Positions 56,973 through 64,000 of a stretch of DNA of 64,000 bases are shown one piece after another; positions within the stretch are counted from its first letter, which is position 1, and each line of letters starts with the position of its first letter. The notes beneath the pieces are model-generated. The model ran no database searches, had not been told where the DNA came from, and saw only the letters and a program-made list of their open reading frames with translations. This stretch comes from a virus (lineage: Duplodnaviria > Caudoviricetes). The position numbers and the translations under genes were made by a program. The stretch lies in the IMG/VR virus record IMGVR_UViG_3300021979_000004, positions 1-64,000 of that record. The stretch is one strand, 5' to 3'.

Positions 56973-57263
56973 ATGACTAACGCATCTACTACTCAAGCAC
57001 AAACCACTCGTCCTGTAGGTCGTCCGCTGTCCAAGCGCGGTCGTAGCGCAAAACGTGCAGTCGAGAAGTTTCTGGAACAGCACGAAGGTCAGTTCACTGC
57101 CGCTGATGTACGTCGAGTAGCCAAGCAGTCCAAGGTTACTGTACGTAACCGCCTGAACGCTCTGGTTGCCGCTGGTGCCATCAAGCAAGTTGCCAGTGTA
57201 CCGGTTCAGAAGGCAGGTAAAGCTACTCGTGGTCGTCCTCTGGCGGTTTACGAAAAAGCATAA
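56973..57263 (+). CDS. Basic winged-HTH DNA-binding protein with GRP hooks
   Basis: VGRP..., FTAADV.....SKVTVRNRLNALV..G, RGRP..VY; strong early promoter at 56887-56915. Confidence 0.6.
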   Translation: MTNASTTQAQTTRPVGRPLSKRGRSAKRAVEKFLEQHEGQFTAADVRRVAKQSKVTVRNRLNALVAAGAIKQVASVPVQKAGKATRGRPLAVYEKA

Positions 57264-57530
57264 GGAAAGTGTTGACAGGGATGTCCTTTTAGGATTATAA
57301 TGAAGTCCTAAGATCGAAAAAGTAAAGAGACAACTAGATAACTAGGAATAAGGGGGGTAGGTTATGTAATACTTTAAACTTAATAATATTTTAAATATAT
57401 AGATAGAGTAAACTTAGACAAATGAAAAAGTGTAAAAGAGAATCTAACTAATATAGGAGAAATTATTATGCGTTAATACATAACTTATAATACTTTTTAA
57501 TTTTCAAAATATCTAAGACGAAGAAAAGAA

Positions 57531-57560
57531 AAAGGGGTCAATTAAGACCCCTTTTTTATT
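57531..57560. terminator. Bidirectional terminator
   Basis: AAAAAGGGGTC-AATTAA-GACCCCTTTTTT. Confidence 0.8.
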
Positions 57561-58414
57561 TTTAGTACTTCAGAAAGAAAGTCGTTGAAATTCTCAGCAT
57601 ATACTGCCGCTATCTCATCTGCTTGAATCATAATCTCTTCGTTATTAATATCATGCATTGATTGAGTAACTTCAATACTATTAACATAGTTATTGAACTG
57701 CTTGAATATTTTCTTTCCATATTCATAAAAACGCTTCTCTAGAATCTTCACATCACTCTGCTTATAGTTACTAATCCCTTCTGGATCGTTGTAATATTCA
57801 GATGCCATCTTACGTGCTAACTTTTTAAGAGACTTATCAAATGTCTTTAGATTCTTAAAATCGAATTCATATCTTTCGAAGGTATCAGTTAGACTTTCCA
57901 TGATCATTTCATCGTAAGTATCTTGGAATTGTAATAGAACTTCATTGACAATAAAGAATATCATATCACTGTCGGTATTGTAATGTGCAGTAAAATCTTT
58001 AACATTTTCACTATAAAACAAACGATAATCGCCTAATGGAAACAGTACATATGGGTTGCCATATTCTGACGCTGTTTTTATATTCTTATCAGCAAAGATA
58101 AGATTTCTAATTGGGACACCAAACTTTTCGCTTGATAGCATGTTTACATATTTGTGAATTTCTATATTAGTATCAGTGGGAATACGATTCTCACTGTATG
58201 GCGTAATAACAAGATATGGAGTTGTATATTTGTGTGATCCACGAAAAATATTGGCAAACTCATTCACTAAGTTATCGTTTTCCAAGTCTTCAGGTTCGAG
58301 TGTTTTTAATTGCATACTGTACATTTCGTTGAAGTACTTTGAGTTAGCAACACGTTCTATGATCTGCCTATAGTTTCCTTGGTTGTCGTCTTCTAATAAA
58401 TGTTTTATTAGCAT
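57542..58414 (-). CDS. ART-like paralog 5
   Basis: MLIKHLLE; IFRGS, RIPTDT, RNLIFA..ASEYG, EEIMI. Confidence 0.55.
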   Translation of the reverse strand: MLIKHLLEDDNQGNYRQIIERVANSKYFNEMYSMQLKTLEPEDLENDNLVNEFANIFRGSHKYTTPYLVITPYSENRIPTDTNIEIHKYVNMLSSEKFGVPIRNLIFADKNIKTASEYGNPYVLFPLGDYRLFYSENVKDFTAHYNTDSDMIFFIVNEVLLQFQDTYDEMIMESLTDTFERYEFDFKNLKTFDKSLKKLARKMASEYYNDPEGISNYKQSDVKILEKRFYEYGKKIFKQFNNYVNSIEVTQSMHDINNEEIMIQADEIAAVYAENFNDFLSEVLKIKKGS

Positions 58415-59259
58415 TATTTCCTATACCTTTTAGTCATTTCTATAAAAAATTCATATTCTAGTTTAATATCGATTGCTATTATTTCAGGAGATTGTATCAT
58501 TGCTTCAGCATTACCAACATCACCAACCATCTTTGTCACCTTCATATCAGTAACGTATTTCTCTATGGCATCAAGTTGTCCATTTATATATTCGGATATT
58601 GTTTCATGTAACAACTCTTCTGAAACGACAACTTTTTCATAGGTATCCTGCACACTTTTATATATAATTTCCGAAACTTTTTTGAGATTTCGGTTTATTG
58701 TTTCTCGAAAACTTTTATGATCTTCAACTGGTATACCATCAATTAATACTTCCACATCCATTTTAACAGGAACGTAAGCCTTATAGTTACCAAACAACTT
58801 CCTCATAGCTCTCATAACCATTGTTGAGAGCTTTATATCTGCGTCATAAGAAGTAGTAAAGTCTCTGACTTTATCATTGTAGTATATATTGTAATCACCA
58901 ATTGGAAACAAAAGATAAGGGTTCCCATAATCTTTTAATGGACCCGCATGAAGTCTGGAAAAGATTAAGTCACGAACACTTACCCCAAGAACTTCATTAC
59001 TTTTACTATTAGCAAATGCATGATACTGTAAGATCGTATCAAGTGGCTTTCTTTTTTTGTAAGGTTTGATTATAGTAACAGGCTTAACTGACTCCATACC
59101 ACGATACAGCTTACGGATTGGATCATCATCGATATCACGGTTTTTATCATTAAGCCATGATTCATAGTTATTTTTGAAGAATTCCGAGTTTCTAATTTGA
59201 TCAAAGACCTCATCTGGTATAAAAGAAACCTCATTCTCAAATAATTGTTTTATTAGCAT
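58414..59259 (-). CDS. ART-like paralog 6
   Basis: MLIKQLFE; LYRGM, KPLDT, RDLIFS..KDYG, AEAMI; AATAAATA at 59283-59290 (minus). Confidence 0.55.
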   Translation of the reverse strand: MLIKQLFENEVSFIPDEVFDQIRNSEFFKNNYESWLNDKNRDIDDDPIRKLYRGMESVKPVTIIKPYKKRKPLDTILQYHAFANSKSNEVLGVSVRDLIFSRLHAGPLKDYGNPYLLFPIGDYNIYYNDKVRDFTTSYDADIKLSTMVMRAMRKLFGNYKAYVPVKMDVEVLIDGIPVEDHKSFRETINRNLKKVSEIIYKSVQDTYEKVVVSEELLHETISEYINGQLDAIEKYVTDMKVTKMVGDVGNAEAMIQSPEIIAIDIKLEYEFFIEMTKRYRK

Positions 59260-59356
59260 TTATCTATTTCCTAGTTTATTAATATTTATTCTTTACACAA
59301 AACAATCTTTTGTTACTATAAATAGTATAAACAATGAACACATAGGAAGGTAAATT

Positions 59357-59920
59357 ATGGCTAATTTTGAAATAACAGATTTAAGTAAGTTCCTTGAAGA
59401 ACAATCTGAAGAAATTAAAGTTGTAGAAGAAAAGAAAGACAAAGTTGAAGATAAAGAGGAAACCATGGAAGATGAGCATGGTGAAGTTGATGAAGAAGAT
59501 GTATTAATGCCACCTGAAGACTCTGAGGGAGAAGATAGCTCATATGATGGCGATATGCCAGAACACTGCGAAAACTTCTGCCTACAGTCCATGAGAATGT
59601 ATGTGAACGTGCACCTATGGCATTTCCAAACAGATAGCTATGCAGAACACGAAGCATTGGAAGATTATTACGAAGACTTATTTGAGTTGACCGATACCTT
59701 TGTTGAAACAACTATTGCAAACCAAGGTTCTTTATCGTGTGACCATTCCTATAACTTAGAAATTCTACCTTATAGTGAAATGCTCGATGAGATTGAATCG
59801 TATAAGGAATTGGTGGAGCAACATAAAGAAGGTATTGAAGACGAAGGTATGGTTAATACACTTGATGATATTTTGACTATTACCGACGAAGTACTATATA
59901 AGTTGAAGAATTTGAAATGA
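59357..59920 (+). CDS. Ferritin/Dps-like four-helix protein with acidic N-terminal extension
   Basis: HLWHFQT.SYAEHEALEDYYEDL..LTDTFVE; TATAAATA at 59317-59324. Confidence 0.75.
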   Translation: MANFEITDLSKFLEEQSEEIKVVEEKKDKVEDKEETMEDEHGEVDEEDVLMPPEDSEGEDSSYDGDMPEHCENFCLQSMRMYVNVHLWHFQTDSYAEHEALEDYYEDLFELTDTFVETTIANQGSLSCDHSYNLEILPYSEMLDEIESYKELVEQHKEGIEDEGMVNTLDDILTITDEVLYKLKNLK

Positions 59921-59930
59921 GGTGTGAATC

Positions 59931-61908
59931 ATGTGGGAAAAAATCAAACGACATTGGGTTAGATACTTGACTATTTTTGTGACTGTTCTAATACCCTTAT
60001 TTGCATGGGTTGGTGGATTTTTTCCCACATTTGTAAGTGCTGAAGACTTACAGGTATATGAAAGACGTTTTCAGGATTTAGATATCAAGCAAACTGATTT
60101 GGCTATTGAATTTAAAAGATCAGAAAGGGAAGACACTGAAGAAGATAGGTTACGTATAGAAAGGGAAATATTTAATATTCAAAGAGAAAATGATGATGTG
60201 CCACCTTTTTATATTGAACAGCAATTAAGATATGAACAAAAAATAGACAGGTTAAACCAAGATATTGAAGACCTTAGACAATACCGCTTGGATAGTCAAC
60301 AAAGCGGGGGGAGTATACAGTAATGGATTTGTTAGTTACATTTGATAATGGTATGATAGTGATTGAAGATATGAGCCGTAAAGCACGTGCCGGTCTTCGT
60401 CGTGATAATGACGTAATGTCTATGTTTTATTTCTTCAATGGTGATTATGAAATCACAGAAAAAGAAGATAGTTATCTAATTGTGGGCGACCGTAAAGGGT
60501 TATTTGCTATCCCTGAAAAGAAAATTATTCCACGTGATATTCTTGACGCACACCACATTCCAACAAAGCGTTTAAGAAAAGCTATACGCAATCCTCTTGA
60601 TATTTTCAGAACACGCCCTAGCTGCTACATGGCGGATGACAGAATGGTTATTCCGTTGACTGAAATACATAAGCATGTTACCATTGAAGTTCCTAAAAAC
60701 ATTGCAGTTAGATTAAAGCAAGGTGAGTGGTTCTTCGATGAAGATGAGAATGAATCTAAACCTGTGGAAAAGGGTTTGATAGACCCTGAGAAAAAATCTG
60801 ACTCTTAACTTTTAACTAGAGATATTGTATGAAAGTTGTTAATCTCTCAGAGTTTGTTTCTGACAATTCCTGTCGTTACGACTCGGAAATGACCCCTAAG
60901 CTTTCAAAAAAGTTTTTCCGTAAAGAAGATTTAATTGATGAAGTTGTAAATGATACAGAACTGTTTGATTTGTATGGATTGCTTTACATCTATCGATCAT
61001 ACTTTTTAATTTTAAATGGATCAATCGTTCAGAAGATTCTAGAGCGTTGTCTTGACTTTATGGCAACTAATCCCCATGCCGTTCCCGAATATATGTTTAA
61101 ATCGGTAATGCGTCCATTAAACAACGATAAGGTTTTAACCAATAACTATCGCAATGATAATGTTCGTAGTGTTAATATTAATACAATCCTAAGCTTCGTT
61201 AATGACTTAGTAGAATCACGAATTGTGGAACAGCATTACGCGGAATATGAAGTATTACTAAAAAAAGTTGACGAAGTAACTGATAAATATTTCCCCGGCT
61301 ATAAAATCCAGATGGTCTTACTGGACGATGTAATAGCTGGTTCCGAATCACATACAAGAATACTCTCTGGGGAAAGTGTTAAAAATCCCAATAGCAGACA
61401 TTTAGAAAATGTTTCAAATAATTATTACTTAGAAAAACCTATCAACAAAACGATAGGTAAAGAATTACTAATATATAACATGATAGTTACACAATATACC
61501 AGAGATTGTGTTGAGTCACTATCAAGTAATATGATGATTGTTTTCAATACAGATGAAGTTGAAAACTATAGAGAAAAAATTACTAAAAATATAGTTTTCT
61601 TTAACGGCGTAAAAAGGTATACTTGTTTCTGTTCTTGGAATGATATGCGCCAATGGGTAGCCAACAATTCTAAAAGGATTGAAGATGTTATTGGTATGAT
61701 CAAAAGCGTAAGACAGGGTGATGCTGTAATACCCAAGGACAATACTGTATTGTATGATTACTTTACTGTATTGAAAGCGCCACTATTTAATCACGTGGAT
61801 TCTCTTAAAGTAGGATGCACTCGTGAAGATATAGAGAGGAATAAAAATAGGCAAAAGCTTTTTGCAGGAATGGAAACCATTCTTGAAAGACAATTAGGCA
61901 ACAAGTGA
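59931..61908 (+). other. Three hypothetical genes (first: TM helix plus coiled coil)
   Basis: ORF track. Confidence 0.7.
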
Positions 61909-61914
61909 GGAAAT

Positions 61915-62418
61915 ATGATTAAAGATATTGTTTTATATAAACCGCGTTCAGATAATAGCATACTGACTACTGCTATTCCTGAGAAAGATTATAGTGATGA
62001 AGAAATTCGTCAGACACTACACCAAGTTCTTGAAGAAAATAGAGTTCATCATAAAGGATTGGGTATTGCCGCCAATCAGCTTGGAATGCATGAACGTGCA
62101 TTTAACATCGAAGGAAAGACTTATTTCAATCCGAAAGTTCTCGGCAAGGCAGAAGATTCTTATGAACCATTCAGCGAAGGTTGTCTTTCATTCCTGAGTG
62201 TACGTGCTTCTATTAAACGTGCAAATGAAATTCAAGTCAGTTACATAGATATAGAAGGTAATGTTATTGAAGAGGAACTTGATGGTATTGATGCCATTGC
62301 GTTTCAGCATGAACTTGATCATCTAGAAGGGATTACGATGGTTGATAATATCGACTCTAATATTCAGAAAAAGAAGTTTATGGAGAAGTACAAAAAAGCC
62401 CTTAAGAAACACAAGTAA
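61915..62418 (+). CDS. def: Peptide deformylase
   Basis: GLGIAANQLG, EGCLS, QHELDHLEG. Confidence 0.95.
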   Translation: MIKDIVLYKPRSDNSILTTAIPEKDYSDEEIRQTLHQVLEENRVHHKGLGIAANQLGMHERAFNIEGKTYFNPKVLGKAEDSYEPFSEGCLSFLSVRASIKRANEIQVSYIDIEGNVIEEELDGIDAIAFQHELDHLEGITMVDNIDSNIQKKKFMEKYKKALKKHK

Positions 62419-62429
62419 GAGAACCATAT

Positions 62430-62921
62430 ATGAACCTAGCACAAATCCGTGATGTTATTAGTAATAATTTTAAACGGGTACAGGAAGACCCTTGTGAACT
62501 CAGTCATCTATTGACTCTTAAGGTACAGAAACCAGAAATAGACTTTATTATTTGTGACGATTCCGTCAACCCATACCAAATGTTTGACCAATATTTTTTC
62601 AGAAACAATTTTAGAATCAATAAACATAATATCATCATTCCAAAATACATTCTTGAAAAAATTTACAATACTGGATTTCATGCTGGTGAGTCTGCAATTG
62701 AATACCGAGACTATAGGGGCATTAGTCCACTAAAGATGAAGAAGAGTGAATTTGTGACAGCTATTGCTGTTCACGAACTTTCTCATGTTTTTCAACTGTA
62801 CATTCAAGATTACATTTCTGATGATGATCATACTGAAGAATTTTACGATGTACTGGAATCGTTTTATGACTCGCCATTTGTCAATAAACTAAATCAAGAC
62901 CTAAGTTTTCTTAATATATAA
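62430..62921 (+). CDS. SprT-like zinc metalloprotease-motif protein
   Basis: VHELSH followed by a downstream DDHTEEF. Confidence 0.45.
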   Translation: MNLAQIRDVISNNFKRVQEDPCELSHLLTLKVQKPEIDFIICDDSVNPYQMFDQYFFRNNFRINKHNIIIPKYILEKIYNTGFHAGESAIEYRDYRGISPLKMKKSEFVTAIAVHELSHVFQLYIQDYISDDDHTEEFYDVLESFYDSPFVNKLNQDLSFLNI

Positions 62922-62990
62922 GTACCGTCACATTTTGATAAATAATATGTATAGATAACAAGTATAATAATATTAAAAGGATGGCGCAAT

Positions 62991-64000
62991 ATGCCAAAAA
63001 TAACAATATCTTCAAATTTATTAATGAGAAAACTCCGTATTGATGATGGTCAAGATAACAATGGGGGTGGAAATGAAAACACAGGCCCATATCCATACAG
63101 TGTTCTAAACTTAGAATATGTTAATAGTTTATCTGTTAGTATTTTCGAAAATGCTAGCGAGGGTTTGTCTGCAAAACCCGATGGTACTAGAATGTATGTG
63201 TATGGTTTAAGTGGGAATGATGTGACTCAGTTTAATTTATCAGAGCCATGGAACTACTGCTATAGCAAGAGAAAACTCTCCTGTATTTGACAGTGAAACA
63301 CAATATGGTAATGAAATATTTTTTAAGCCTGATGGTACAAAGTTCTATTTAACAACACAAAATAGTACAATTCACCAGTATTCACTTTCTACGCCATGGG
63401 AAGTAGATACAATGACTTATGATAATGTTATGTTAGATTATAGTCAAACGCCTATCGCAGATTATACTAGCTCTTTATCTATTACTAATGATGGTGTTAA
63501 TGTGTATATGGCGAAGGATGGAACCATCCATAGGTTCGAAATGTCAGTTCCATGGGATATTTCTACTGCTACGTGGCAAGAATCTGCCAATACAACCGCC
63601 AGAAATGGTTCTGTTATAAATGACTTAACTATGGATAGTACTGGTACAAAACTTATTGTATTAGATACACTATTTGAAATGGACACGTTCTTTGATCTTT
63701 ATGATTTGTCTACACCAAATGATCTTAGCACTATGACGTACAATTCAACATATACAGTAGATACTAATATAGTACAACAGGCCGAATCAATCTATATAGA
63801 TACTACCAACGAAACTGAAATGTATGTACTCGCAAATAATAAAGTTCACCGTTATGTATTCTATGAGCTACCAGAAGTAATTCCACTATGGCATGAGTCT
63901 AACTGGAATCTTACTGATTGGGGTCTAAATGATGCAGGCGGTGAGTGGATAACTCCTACTGAGCTTGCCTTTACTGGTTATTCTGGTAATGCTAATACTA
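62991..64000 (+). pseudogene. Frameshifted beta-propeller virion protein (runs off the window)
   Basis: Frame 1 ends at 63290, but the LS.PW..ST repeats continue in the +1 frame from 63256, open to 64000. Confidence 0.7.

Noticed and set aside
59931-60323. Holin/antiholin call
   Set aside because: A single TM helix plus coiled coil is insufficient, and no adjacent endolysin or spanin is recognisable.
1-64000. Stop-codon recoding / suppressor tRNAs
   Set aside because: Genes are intact in the standard code with dense packing; no CTA, TTA or TCA anticodon found.
1-64000. CRISPR array
   Set aside because: No regularly spaced direct repeats with unique spacers seen.

Overview
64-kb segment of a large AT-rich lytic myophage, probably a T4-related jumbo phage of a Gram-negative host. 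It shows dense arrays of small hypothetical early genes behind sigma70-like promoters and T4-type late promoters (NATAAATA). No rRNA operon, CRISPR array or stop-codon recoding is seen. The window is a translation-hijack region: about 21 tRNA genes plus several aberrant tRNA-like RNAs, TilS, peptide deformylase, rrn-type boxA sites and three tRNA-adjacent HNH endonucleases. Most striking signals: (1) a ~266-nt RNA (26633-26898) that rebuilds the 23S rRNA L11/L10-binding GTPase-associated centre from three segments separated by two structured inserts; (2) a 41-codon leader peptide plus terminator/antiterminator directly upstream of the main tRNA operon (attenuator architecture); (3) a tRNA-Thr(UGU) split by a 221-nt IC3-type group I intron; (4) about 11 late-promoter genes sharing an N-terminal MKI-x-x-L-(L/F/N)-E capsid-targeting-like peptide, including six paralogs with ADP-ribosyltransferase-like motifs (candidate virion-injected effectors); (5) a 1.25-kb array of structured ncRNAs. 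Protein and RNA family calls come from motifs recognised by eye, not from database searches.
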